Below, piece after piece: positions 12,581 to 24,428 of a stretch of 64,000 nucleotides of DNA. Origin of the DNA: Squalus acanthias. Its lineage: Eukaryota. The DNA is taken from NCBI GenBank assembly GCA_030390025.1, contig CM059432.1, positions 134,790,001 to 134,854,000 of the forward strand, in the 5' to 3' direction. The notes beneath the pieces are model-generated. The model did not search any database. It worked only from the letters and a program-made list of their open reading frames with translations, and was not told the DNA's origin. The position numbers and the translations under genes were made by a program. Every line of letters starts with the position of its first letter. Position 1 is the stretch's first letter.

Positions 12581-14555
12581 CCCTTGAATCTGGATAGCTC
12601 ATTAATTTAGACAGAGGAGTGTTCTATACTTACGATGTATCAAATAACTGAACAAGTTCATCCGCACCTTATGGTCAAAGTCACTCTTGCAAAAGCAAAC
12701 CTCCTCTGGAAAATTGATAGAAAATCTCTGAGAGATTGCCTTTTGAGCTACAGCCGTCGATATTTCAAACCCAATTTGACCAAAATCAGAATGATCGGAA
12801 ATTAAAGATTAGCTTTGTCTCCATTGATCCAACACTGCACTGAATTGTATTGATGTATGGGAGATGTTGAGGCTGCTAATTGTCAACTCCATTACAGACC
12901 CAGTTAAGCAACAAATTAAACAGACACAGCATTGAGGTTTTAGACGTGCATATTGGTTTGGTCATTGCAATTTCAGCCAAACTGCGTCACACACACATTT
13001 TACACGAACCACTAAAAAAACTCATCTTTGGGTGTATTATTATTACTCTTCAAATGAAGTACGTACTCTCGGACGTATCTTTGATGCTAAAGTTACTCTC
13101 TCAAACAATGATCTTCCTACACCACACAGGAGCACCATCCGACAGCAACTTTCATCTTTGCATTAGGCCAGGAAACGATTCACAAAAACACACAGCAGCT
13201 TCTTACTTGGCTACGGAGTGGAAAGATGGGGAATATGGAAGAAATTTCACTGAAATCAAGCGTTTTGATATGCATTCAGGAATTGCTGAAGCCAAAAGCT
13301 CTGAAGAATTGCCAACTGAGATACAGCCATATCCAAAAGTCACCAAGGGAAAACAGTGTTCAAATTTTTGGAAAATTATATTTGGAACAAATATAGTAAA
13401 ATACAATTGCTCTGCATTAAGAAAATGTTTATTTCATAACAAAGCAACCACAATGGGGCTATGCATTCCGAAACAATAACTGAGCATTACCCTGCATGAT
13501 ACTTGGCACAAGAGAAGGATCACATGGTTCCAACTCAAATCTACTAAACTGGTGAGGTGAATAAATCTATTCTCATCGTACTTTAAGCGTATAGAGTTCC
13601 TTTAATAAATCCTCTAATAAATGACTAGAAAGGTATAGTAAATATGAACAGAAATTATCCTTTGTGATAAACAATGTTAGAGTTTGCAAATCATAGTTAA
13701 ATTTGCATTTGCACATTTTGCACGACCAGATTTTTAGTTTTTAAATGAAGATTTATTTTTCTAACCCATTTATAATGTTCAATCAAATTCATGCACATGA
13801 ATCAACAGCTTCTTTTATGGCATCATATCTCTCATCCCTGTCTCTATGGTCACCGAGGACCATATGTTGTCCCCAGCTGAGAAGATGGACAAGCAAGCTG
13901 CCCCCTAAGCCTCTGACAGGTCATCAAGCAGTGCAGAAGAGTGGCCCAGGGTGATTGCCCCTTAGATGTTTCCACCTTTTAGGCATGAATGAACACACCT
14001 GATGTCTGCACTGTGACTCCTCACAATGGCACAGCTGAGATTAGGAACTCGCCATGCAGGAAAACGCAAGTGCGGTCTTATGTGTGATAATAGTTTTAGT
14101 AATGTCTAACAACATTTTTGCAGTGACTATTTCTTGACTTTGGATGAGTGATCATTGTGCAGAAGCCAGATGAATTCCATTTTGCGGGGGGCGGTACAGG
14201 AGGTGCCGGTCCACCATGGTCATTAAGGAATGGAACTTACAAACATACACATCACAGGATGCTGTTCAGACCAAGTTCCTCAAACTGTCAGAAATAATCC
14301 ATTACAAAATACCTTCCAAAAGTATTCCACCAATGTGGTAAATATGCCTTCCCTACTTTCCTTCTAATCCATAGAGTAGGTCACTGGAAGATACTAGTAA
14401 TGATAATTCTGTGGGAAGTGCCCACCATATCCTAGAGTTTCCACTTTTTAAACCGCAATTTAAAAGGGACAGCCATTTTTATCTGAACCCTGCATGTTGT
14501 GCCCTTCTGACTTAAATCTACAACAGAATTCGCTGAGTCTTCCTGGGAACATTAC

Positions 14556-14786
14556 CTGAATGATGACTGTTCTCCATGAACTGATAACGTAACGGGTGGA
14601 GCTGGAGGTTGGATATACACAGATTGTCTGTTTCCCTGAGAATCTTTTCGGATTAGCTTTCCTGTGTTGGGATCATAAATGCGGACTTCAGGTCCGGGCT
14701 GTGCCTTCGGATGAATGGGAGTCGGATGAAACAATGGTGTTTGAAAACCACCTTGGACCTCAGGGAAACTGGCAGGGCTGTTGGTC
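14556..14786 (-). CDS. CTDP1: CTDP1/FCP1 internal coding exon (231 nt, phase 2 to 2), post-BRCT region
   Basis: Acceptor ttttgcgttttctgcag|G and donor TTC AG|gtaatg. In frame with the 142-nt exon (AG+G = Arg). Translates to TNSPASFPEVQGGFQTPLFHPTPIHPKAQPGPEVRIYDPNTGKLIRKDSQ...GEQSSF(R), matching recalled CTDP1 LFHPMPVLPKAQPGPEVRIYDSNTGKLIR...PSSFR. Overlaps ORF 14552..14734. Confidence 0.95.
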
Positions 14787-14876
14787 CTGCAGAAAACGCA
14801 AAAATAAAAATATTAATTGATACCACCGGCAAATCTTCCAGGGCATTAATAGTTCAGCACCCGAGTACAGTTACTC

Positions 14877-15375
14877 ATCACCATGCATTTATATAGCACC
14901 TTTAATACAGGAAAACATCCTAGGGCACGTCACATAGGTGGGATCAGAAAAAGAAATTGACACCAAGACAAATAAGGAGATGTTAGGCGGGGTGACCAAA
15001 AGCTTGGTCAAAAAACTGGGTTAAAGAAGGGTCTTGTAGAGGAGAGAGAGAGGTGGCATTTACAGAGGGAATTCCAGACTGTGGGATCTGGGCGATTGAA
15101 GGCATGGCTGTCAATAGTGGGGTGAATGGGGGAAGATAGTTCTGGGTTCTCGGGCTGACGGAGGCTGCAGACATATGTAGCAGCGAGACCACGAAGGGAT
15201 TTAAACACGAGGATAACCATTTTAAATTTGACACGTTGGGGGAACGGGACCCAATGTAGGTCAGCAAGCACAGGGGTGGGTGGTGGTGAGCGGAACTTGG
15301 TGCGAGTTAGGATATGGGCAGCAGAAAGGTGAAGTTTACGGAGGGTGGATTCGGAAGGCTGGGCCGGAGAACATT
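14877..15375 (-). mobile_element. L2 LINE 3' part (interrupted by a CR1)
   Basis: ORF 15008..15271 LADLHWVPFPQRVKFKMVILVFKSLRGLA. Tail tgcatttatatagcaccttt lies about 90 nt from the exon acceptor. Confidence 0.85.
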
Positions 15376-17747
15376 ACATAAGAACATAAGGAATAGGAGC
15401 AGGAATAGGCCACTTGGCCCCTCGAGCCTGCTCCACCATTCAATAAGATCATGGCTGATCTTGGGCTCAAAGCCACTTCCCCGCCCGCTCCCCATAACCC
15501 TTCACTCCCTTATCTTGTAAAAATTTGTCTATCTCCACTTTAAATGTATTTAATGACCCAGCCTCCACAGCTCTCTGGGACAGAGAATTCCACAGATTTA
15601 CGACCCTCAGAGAAGAAATTCCTCCTCATCTCAGTTCTAAAAGGGCGACCCTTTATTCTAAAGCTGTGCCCCCGAGTTCTAGATTTCCCCACGAGGGGAA
15701 ACATCCTCTCTGCATCTACTTTGTCGAGCCCCCTCAGTATCTTATGTTTCAATAAGATCACCCCTCATTCTTCTAAATTCCACTGAGTATAGGCCCAACC
15801 TGCTCAACCTTTCCTCATAAGTCAACCCCCCTCATCTCAGGAATCAACCGTGTGAATCGTCTCTGAACTGCCTCCAATGCAAATATATCCTTCCTTAAAT
15901 AAGGAGAGCAAAACTGTACGCAGTACTCAAGGTGTGGTCTCTCCAATACCCTGTACAGTTGTAGCAGGACTTCCCTGCTTTTATACTCCAAACCCCTTGC
16001 AATAATGGTCAACATTCCATTTGCCTTTTTGATTACTTGCTGTACCTGCATGCTAACTTTTTGGGTTTCATGCACAAGGACCCCCAGGTCCCTCTGAACT
16101 GTAGCATTTTGTAATCTCTCTCCATTTAAATAATAATTTGCTTTTTTATTTTTCCTGCCAAAGTGGATAACCTCGCACTTTCCCACATTATACTCCATCT
16201 GCCAAATGTTTGCCTACTCACTTAGCCTGTCGTCTTTTAGTCCCATTATTTTACCGAGTACTATTTCCTTAGTGATAGTGATTGTCTTTAGTTCCCCACT
16301 CCCTGTGGCCCCTTGTTTATCCATTATTGGGATGTTGTTAGTGTCTTCTACAGTGAAGACAGGTGCAAAATATTTGTTCAGAGTCTCTGCCATTTCCCCA
16401 TTCCCCATTATTAATTCCCCATTCTCATTCTCTAAGGGACCAATGTTTACTTTAGCTACCCTCTTCCTTTTTATATACCTGAAGAAGCTCTTACTTTCTG
16501 TTTTAATATTTCTTGCCAATTTACTCTCATAATTCATCTTCTCTCTCTTTATTATATTTTTAGTCATCTTTTGCTGGTTTAAAAAAAATTCCCAATCCTC
16601 TGGCCTCCCACCAATCTTGGCAACATTGTATGCCTTAGTTTTCAATTTGATACCATCTTTTACTTCCTTAGTTAGCCACAGATAGTGCTCCCTTCTCTTA
16701 AAATCTTTCTTTCTCACTGGAATATATTTTTGTTGAGAGTTATAAAATATCTCCTTAAATGTCCGCCACTGCATTTCAACTGTCTTACCCTTTAATTTCT
16801 TTTTCCAGTCCACTTTAGCCAGTTCTGCCCTCATGCCATTGTAATTGCCTTTGTTTAAGATCAGAACACTGGTTTGAGATACAACTTTCTCACCCTCCAA
16901 CTGAATTTGAAATTCAACCATGCTATGATCACTCTTTCCTAGAGGATCCTTTACTATGAGATCATTTATTAATTCTGCCTCATTACACAGTACCAGATCC
17001 AAGATAGCCTGCTCCCTGGTTGTTTCCATTACATACTGTTCTAGGAAACCATCCCGGATACACTCTATGAACTTCTCCTCCAGGCTACTATGGCCAATTT
17101 GATTTGTCCAATCAATATGGAGATTAAAATCACCCATGATTATTACCGTACATTTTTTACAGGCCTCCATTATTTGTTGATTTATACTCTGTCCAACAGT
17201 ATTGCTACTGTTCGGGGGCCTGTAGACTACACCCACCAGAGACTTTTTCCCCTTATTATTTTTTATCTCCACCCAAACCAATTCTACATCTTGATCTTCT
17301 GAGCCAATATCACTTCTCATCACTGCACTGATCCCATCCTTTACCAACAAAGCCACCCCACCTCCCTTTCCTTTCTGTCTATCCTTCTGAATTGTCATAT
17401 ACCCTGGAATATTCAGTTCCCAGCCCTGATCACCTTGCAACCACGTCTCTGTAATGGCGATCAGATCATACCCATTTGTATCTATTTGTGCCGTCAACTC
17501 ATCTATCTTGTTACGAATGCTGCGTGCATTCAGATATAGAGCTTTTAACTTTTGTCTTTTTACCATTCCTCCTTGTTTTGGCCCCATTTTCTGTTGCACT
17601 CTTATTTTTAAACATTCTGTCCCTTCCTGTCACACTCTGGTTATTATTTCCCCCATCTCTATCGTGCTCTATTGTTTTCTCATTGATTTTTTAAATTCCC
17701 GTTCACCTGGACCCTCCCCCCCACTATTTAGTTTAAAGCTTTAGTTT
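15376..17747 (-). mobile_element. Young CR1 LINE with a 723-nt in-frame deletion of the RT core
   Basis: 461-aa open APE+linker ORF 16214..17599, C-terminal ORF 15815..16198 and tail acataagaacataag. Colinear with 42677-45795 apart from the deletion. Confidence 0.94.
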
Positions 17748-18131
17748 GGAATAGTTGAGTCTGAAGGTGACAAAGGCAGCAGCAGATGGGCTGTGGTGGG
17801 GCAGAGACAAGCCATGTTATGGAGGTGGAAGTAGGCGGTCTTGGTGATGGGAGAGGATATGAGGTGGGACGCTCAGCTCGGGATCAAACAGGATCCTGAG
17901 GTTGCGAACAGTCTGGTTCTGCCTAACATGATGGCTAGGGAGGGGGGTGGAAACAGTGGAAAGGGTATGGAGTTTGTGGCAGGGGCCAAAGACAATGGCT
18001 TCAGTCTTCTCAATGTTTAAATGGAAGAAACTGCAGCTTATACAAGACCAGATGTCGGATAAGTTTCTGACAACACGGAGGCAGTGACGGGGTCGAGAGA
18101 GGCAGCGGAGAGGTTGAGCCGGATGTTATCA
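17748..18131 (-). mobile_element. L2 LINE continuation (5' part, ending near the YADD motif)
   Basis: ggaatagttgagtctgaaggtgacaaaggc resumes the L2 exactly after ...ggagaacatt at 15375 (compare 31105-31145). Confidence 0.82.
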
Positions 18132-18465
18132 GCAGAGAGGATGTTTCCCCTCGTGGGGAAATCTAGAACTCGGGGGCATAGTTTCAGAATAAAGGGTCGC
18201 CCTTTTAGAACTGAGATGAGGAGGAATTTCTTCTCTGAGGGTCGTAAATCTGTGGAATTCTCTTCCCCAGAGAGCTGTGGAGGCTGGGTCATTAAATACA
18301 TTTAAGGTGGAGATAGACAGATTTTTGCAAGGTAAGGGAGTGAAGTGTTATGGGGAGCAGGCAGGGAAGTGGCTTTGAGCCCAAGATCAGCCATGATCTT
18401 ATTGAATGGCGGAGCAGGCTCGAGGGGCCAAGTGGCCTATTCCTGCTCCTATTTCTTATGTTATG
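18132..18465 (+). mobile_element. CR1 3' end, inverted near-identical copy of 15376-15713
   Basis: ORF 18084..18305 has the same C-terminal peptide as ORF 15540..15761, differing at one residue. Confidence 0.93.
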
Positions 18466-19061
18466 AAACTCCGGGTCAATGTGCCTTGGGCCTGGCTTAT
18501 AACCAGTAACGTCAAGGATATATACATCCACATAACCATAGCTCTTGCACCATCTGCATTCTGAACATCATATGTGGAGTGTGAATGTCTGACAGAAGCA
18601 GTGCTCAAAGGCAATTGATGACAGAAAGGTTTAATCACACCTCATCCAGATGATGAAAAGCAAACAGCAGGCATATTTTGGATATTAACAAGGACCTGCA
18701 ATATTTCTGTCCTCTGCTTTAGAGATCTTTGACACAGCGTCAAAGAAATCAGAGTCATTAACATCAAAAGGTGTTATTTGCAGCCCTAGTAACAGGTTTT
18801 TCAACTGCCAAAGCATATAAAATGCTACACAGTAGTAACATATCTAAGGTGGCATAACTGAAGTACATAGAATAGATTCACCGTGATGTTTTTCTGCATA
18901 TGACTATTTTTTAACGTGCAATAGACATGCATTGACATGCATTATCAATGATTTGTCACCAGCAGACAACCTGTAAGATGCTTTGAATTACTGACAAGGA
19001 TTGATAAAAGCTGCACTCTGAATTAAAAAAAATTCCAAATAACTAATCACCCAAAGACATA

Positions 19062-19902
19062 GGGCTGGATTTTACCAGCCCTGAGGAGGCGGGTCTGCTG
19101 GGAAAATCAAAAAGAATGGGAGCGGGTCGCGAACCCGCTCCCAACCCGCCTCCAAACAATCTTCCCGGGAGTCGGGTCCCCGATTTGCGCAGGGACCCGA
19201 CTCCTAGCGGCGGGAAGAGGATTATAGCCACTTAACTGCCTGTTAACAGGTAGTTAAGAGGTTTTTTCCCCATTTTGAGACATGCTGCGGTCTTCCCGAC
19301 GTCGGGGAACCCCGCCAGGGTAAGTGAGGCGTGCTGTGGGTCTGTTGTAATGTTTGTGTATAGATGACAGCTGCAGAAGTGGTGTGAAGGATGCAATGGG
19401 ACACTGGTGAGTATCAGAGGTAAGGAGATGTTGGGAAAGTCATTTTTAATGTGTTTAGATTTTTCTGTAGGTGCCAAGCTTTGAAGTGTTTGTGTGGCCT
19501 CACCTCATTGGGAGAAGTGACAGATCGCTTCTGTAACCTCACCTGCAGCTGCCATCTGTTTTATCCTAAGGAGAGAGTCATTGGAGAGCCTGTGGCAAGG
19601 GCTCACCTTTGTACAGTGATTGCCAGTGTTTGACAGCACCTCAATGCTGTCAAACTATGACAAATCATCTGTCAAAAATAAATGGTACATGTCCCTTTAA
19701 GAAAACCGGCAGATGAAGCGTCATCAACTGACGTCATCTGAACCGGCTTTCCCTTAATTGGCCAGCAAGCCCGCAGGGCGGGCTTATCAAGGCAAATCAG
19801 GGGAAAATAGCGTCTGCGCGTCCGACGTCACTGGGGGCGGGACTAGAACCCGGAAGGCAGCAGTCCCGCCCCCAACTCGTCTTGGCAGGTAAAATCCAGC
19901 CC
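19062..19902 (-). mobile_element. Non-autonomous PIF/Harbinger-type element with perfect 15-bp TIRs
   Basis: gggctggattttacc (19062-19076) and ggtaaaatccagccc (19888-19902). Internal 19560-19800 is the reverse complement of 7180-7400-like sequence. Confidence 0.82.
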
Positions 19903-19904
19903 AT

Positions 19905-20798
19905 GGGGTCAGCTTCCACATGTATGCTGTACCCAGCTCCATCTCTCCACCACCTCTCTCGATCCCCCCAGTGCTTCTTTGTTGTCAGACGGTTTGACCG
20001 ACATCCAGTCTTGGACGAGCTGTAATTTCCTCCAGTTAAACATTGGGAAGACAGAAACCATCTTCTTCAGCCCTTGCCTCAAACTCCGTACCTTTGCCAC
20101 CAATTCCATCCCCCTTCCTGGCCATCGTCTCCAGTTGAACCAGACGGTTCACAACATTGGCGTCTTATTCAACTCCAACCTGAGCATCCCACATCATACC
20201 CTCACAAAGACTGCCCATTTCACATCTACCCCTGTTTCGGCCCATCCGCTGCTACAACAGTCATCTCTGCTTTAGTTGCCTCCAGACCTAACTATTCCAA
20301 TGCTCTCCTGGCCAGCCGACCAACCTCCATAAACTTCAGATCATCCAAAACTATGCTGACCATATCCTACCATGGACTAAATCCCACTAACCAATCACCC
20401 CATACCTTGTTGACCTACATCACCCTCGTGTTCAAATCTTTTCAGGGTCTTGCCCCTCCCCCTCTCTGTGACCTTGTGCAGCCTACAAACCTCCAAGAAC
20501 TCTGCATTCCTCCAATTTTGGCCTCTTGTGCATCCCGGACTTCCTCGGCCCGACCATTGGTGGCCGTGCCTTTAGCCGCCTCGACCCCAAGCTAGAATTC
20601 TATCCCGAAACCCCTGTGTCTCTGTACCTCCTGTCCTCCTTTAAGACCCTTCAAAACCCACCTCTTTCACCAAGCTTTCGGTCACCCACGACCAATATCT
20701 CCTTCTTTGGCTCAGCGTCCGATTTTGTCTGATTATGCCTGTGTGAAGCGCTTTGGGATGTTTTTTCTACATTGCTTATATAAATGCAAATTGTTGCT
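19905..20798 (+). mobile_element. L2 LINE, 5'-truncated, tail abutting the CTDP1 donor site
   Basis: FHMYA.. motif and DIQSWTSCNFLQLNIGKTETIFF (ORF 19979). Tail gtgaagcgctttggg...tatataaatgcaaattgttg. Confidence 0.85.
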
Positions 20799-20804
20799 GC
20801 TTAC

Positions 20805-20946
20805 CTTTGAGTTTTGACGTAGTCTTCTTTCAACGGGAATAACTTTTCGTCAACTCTTTCCCAACGTTCTAGACAGCTCCATAACCAGTCTGGATTTACC
20901 ACATGAAGATGTTTACATGCTTGCGCCTGCCGAACTTTTTCCGTTC
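20805..20946 (-). CDS. CTDP1: CTDP1/FCP1 internal coding exon (142 nt, phase 1 to 2), C-terminal part of the BRCT domain
   Basis: Minus strand reads ttatcattgcag|GA ACG GAA...ACT CAA AG|gtaagc, with canonical AG/GT. It translates to (G)TEKVRQAQACKHLHVVNPDWLWSCLERWERVDEKLFPLKEDYVKTQ(R), matching recalled vertebrate CTDP1 GTEKVLQAQECGHLHVVNPDWLWSCLERWDKVEEQLFPL. Confidence 0.96.
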
Positions 20947-21939
20947 CTGCAATGATAAGAAAGTCTTTCTATTATCAAACTGTGCTTAAATATAAACTGT
21001 CAATACAGATATTGCACCATATATCCCTTAATATAGCTGTCCATAGCTCGCCACAGCTGTAAAAAAAAGATTCCCTTGTAGCTTCTACAACTAGACAAAC
21101 CTGCCCAAAAAATGTCCAGCCTACAGTACATCAGTCTAGAGCTACACTTAATCAATCCACATGATACACAAATCGGGGTGACAATTTTCTTTCTACTTTT
21201 TCTTGTTCTTTTGAGCCTTTTGTATGTTTCTTCTTCTACCTTCAACATTCTTCATCTTTTTATTAATTTTTTTTTGTTAAGTCTTTTCTGTCCTTTGTAG
21301 TCATTTTCTATCAATATTTTTTGATTTGTTACTTAACAATGTTTCTCCCCACGTTTCTACCCATCAAAAGTTCAAAATCTCAAATGCCAATGAACATCAA
21401 CGGAATAAACAGAACAAAATAAAGTGGTGCCCAAACCGGGACGATCCTCACAACAGCAGTCAGGACAGTGTAGACACCACACACCTCCCTTGGTCATTAC
21501 TGTGACCAACCAATAGGCCTGCTTATGGGACAGGAATCGTCTGGTCAGTACGTTACTCTAAGTTTGAAGAATCGAGATTATTTAATGCAACTTGAGTTAG
21601 TTACAAGAAAACAATCTTCACAAATCAATCAATGAAGAAAAGTGCACAATAATTCCACTAATTTATCATTTAAAACAAAACGGTGTATTAACACTAGAGA
21701 CTGCTCTTTCATCTCTGGGGCTCGAGTTCAACTCCTCAGTCTGCTCACTGTAAGGGTCCTATGTGACGTGAGTGCGCGTAGGTCAGTCCAGTTCCTAGTG
21801 GGCATGTGCCTACAGAAAAAACACTGCTGCTGATTTGGCACCAACTGACCATCTCACTCAGCAAAGCTACAGGACAGCTAGAGTGAAGAATGGAAAAGGT
21901 GTCACATACTGAGGTTGCGGCAGAGGCATATTGTAAATG

Positions 21940-22718
21940 GAGCGTAACTCTGCCTGGCTGAACCAGACCGTTTGCAACTTTGGGGTCATATTTGATCCCG
22001 AGATGAGCTACCGACCACACATCCGCTCCGACACCAAGACTGCCTAATTCCACCGCCATAACATCGCCCGACTCCGCCCCTGCCTCTGCCTCAGCTCGCC
22101 TGCTGCTGAAACCCTCGTCCAGGTCTATGTTACCTCTAGACTTGACTATTCTTGTCTTTCTTTTTATTCCAACGCCCTCCTGGCCGGCCTCCCATCTTCC
22201 ACTCTCCACAAACTTGAGCTGATCCAAAGCTCTGCTGCCCGTGTCCTAACTCGCACCCAGTCCCGTTCACCCTTCACCCCTGTGCTCGCTGACCGACATT
22301 GGCTCCCGGTCCGGCAACGCCTCAATTTTAAAATTCTCATCCTTGTTTTCAAATCCCTCCATGGCCTCACCCCTCCGCATTTCTGTAATCTCCTCCAGCC
22401 CTACAACTCGCCGCGATCTCTGCGTTCCCCTAATTCTGGCCTCTTGCGCATCCCCTATTTTCATCGCTCCACCATTACTGGCTGTATCTTCAGCTGCCCA
22501 GGGCCCTAAGCTCTGGAATTCACTCCCTAAACCTCTCCACCTCTCTTTCCTCCTTGAAGATGCACCTTAAAACCTACCTCTTTGACCAAGCTTTCAGACA
22601 CCTGTCCCAATATCTAATGTGGCTCGGTGTCAAATCTTGTTTGATAACGCTCCTGTGAAGCGCCTTGGGACGTTTTATTATGTTAAAGGCGCTATATAAA
22701 TGCAAGTTATTGTTGTTG
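21940..22718 (+). mobile_element. L2 LINE 3' fragment
   Basis: ORF 22282 LADRHWLPVRQRLNFKILILVFKSLHGLTP. Tail aaaggcgctatataaatgcaagttattgttgttg. Confidence 0.9.
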
Positions 22719-22883
22719 CATGGTGGATGTCTGAAATGGAAAGAGTTCCATTTCCTAACACTAATATCTCTCACCCAAATAAGCACAAGATTTAGGCTCG
22801 AGGGGCCGTATGGCATACTCCTGCTCCTGTTTATTATGTTCTAATGCATCAGACTTTACTGTAACACAACACAGCACTGATTT

Positions 22884-23102
22884 AAAATAAAAACAGAAAA
22901 TACTGGAAATGTATATCAGGTCAATCAGTATCTGAAAGAGAAAGATAGGTTCGCATTTTAGTCGAAAGGCTTCAAATCAGTCAGCCAATTCTGATGAAGG
23001 ATTTCTTCTAAAAGATTAACCAATCTCTCTTCTTTCAGATTTTGATTTAATCATTGTGCATTTCCAACATAATTTGTTTTTATTTTTACATTTCAGCATT
23101 CC
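22884..23102. mobile_element. Old palindromic Penelope-tail-derived element
   Basis: aaaataaaaacagaaaatactggaaat ... atttccaacataatttgtttttatttt form inverted arms homologous to 36860-36993. Confidence 0.6.
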
Positions 23103-23269
23103 TAATTTCTCTTTTTATAAATAACCATTTAATTTAATTGGCTCAGGTGTCAACAAATTATGTTTATGTACTATTTAGTAGACATCATAGAATGTTATGG
23201 ATAAGGCAATGATTCCATTTTTTGAATTCATTGTTGGCATTTTTAGTGCTCTCCTATTGTAATGTTTTA

Positions 23270-24428
23270 TGGGAACATCGGAACAGGAGGCGGTCATTCA
23301 GCCCCTCGAGCCTGTTCCGCCATTCAGTGAGATCATGGCTGATCTGCGACCCCAACTCCATATACCCGCCTTTGCACCATATCCCTTAATACCTTTGGTT
23401 AACAAAAATCTATCAATCTCCGATTTAAAATTAACAACTGACCCAGCATCAACTGCCGTTTGCGGAAGAGAGTTCCAAACTTCGACCGCCCTTCGCGTGT
23501 AGAAGTGTTTCCTAATTTCACTCCTGAAAGGTCTGGCTCTAACTTTTAGACTATGTCCCCTAGGTCCTAGACTCCCCAACCAGCAGAAATAGTTCGACCT
23601 GAAACGTTAACGCTGTTTCTCTCTCCACGGATGCTGCCTGGCCTGCTGAGTTTTTCCAGCGTTTTCTGTTGTTATTTCAGCAGAAATAGTTTCTCTCTAT
23701 CTACCCTATCAGTTCCCCTTAATATCTTGAAAACTTCGATCAAATCACCCCTTATCCTTCTAAATTCCAGGGAATACAACACTAGTATGTGCAATCTCTC
23801 CTCGTAATTTATTCCTTGGAGTCCGGGTATCAATCTGGTAAATCTACCCTGCACTCCCTCCAAGGCCAATATATCCTTCCTAAGGTGTGACGCCCAGAAC
23901 TGAACATTCCAGGTGTGGTCTAACTAGGGCTTTGCACAGCTGGAACATAACTTCTACCCCTTTCTATGCTAGTCCTCTAGATATAAAGGCCAGCATTCCA
24001 CTAGCCTTTTTTGTTTATTTTCTGTATCTGTCCATGACATTTTAATGATCTATGTACCTGGACCCCCAAGTCTCTTTGCACCTCCACTGCTTCTAGCTTT
24101 TCACCATTTAGAAAGTACCCTGTTCTATCCTTTTTAGGTCCAAAGTGGATGACCTCACACTTAACTATACTGAAATCCATTTGCCACAGTTTTGCCCATT
24201 CACTTAATCTATTAATATCTTTGTAATTTTATGCTTCCATCTACACTGCTTACAATGCCGCCTATCTTTGTGTCATCTGCAAATTTGGATATGTGGCTTT
24301 CTTTCCCATCATCTAAGTCATTAATAAATACTGTGAATAGTTGAGGACCCAACACAGATCCCTGTGGGACATCACTAGTCACATCCTGCCAATTTGAGTA
24401 CCTGCCCATTATCCCTACTCTCTGTCTA
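23270..24428 (-). mobile_element. CR1 LINE 3' part
   Basis: ORF 24212 VPQGSVLGPQLFTVFINDLD...KFADDTK. Tail near 23270. Confidence 0.9.
23595..23677 (+). mobile_element. 83-nt Penelope-tail insertion inside a CR1, with 14-bp TSD
   Basis: cagcagaaatagtt duplicated at 23581-23594 and 23678-23691. Insert reads cgacctgaaacgttaacgctgtttctctctccacggatgctgcctg... Confidence 0.88.

Larger units (their letters stand above)
14787..20804 (-). other. CTDP1: CTDP1 GT-AG intron, 6018 nt
   Basis: Bounded by gtaagc at 20804 and a pyrimidine tract plus cag at 14787. Exon phases are compatible. Confidence 0.92.

Noticed and set aside
12880..13479. 199-aa plus-strand ORF
   Set aside because: TTG start, no recognisable domain, no splice support, and antisense within an intron. 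Likely chance.
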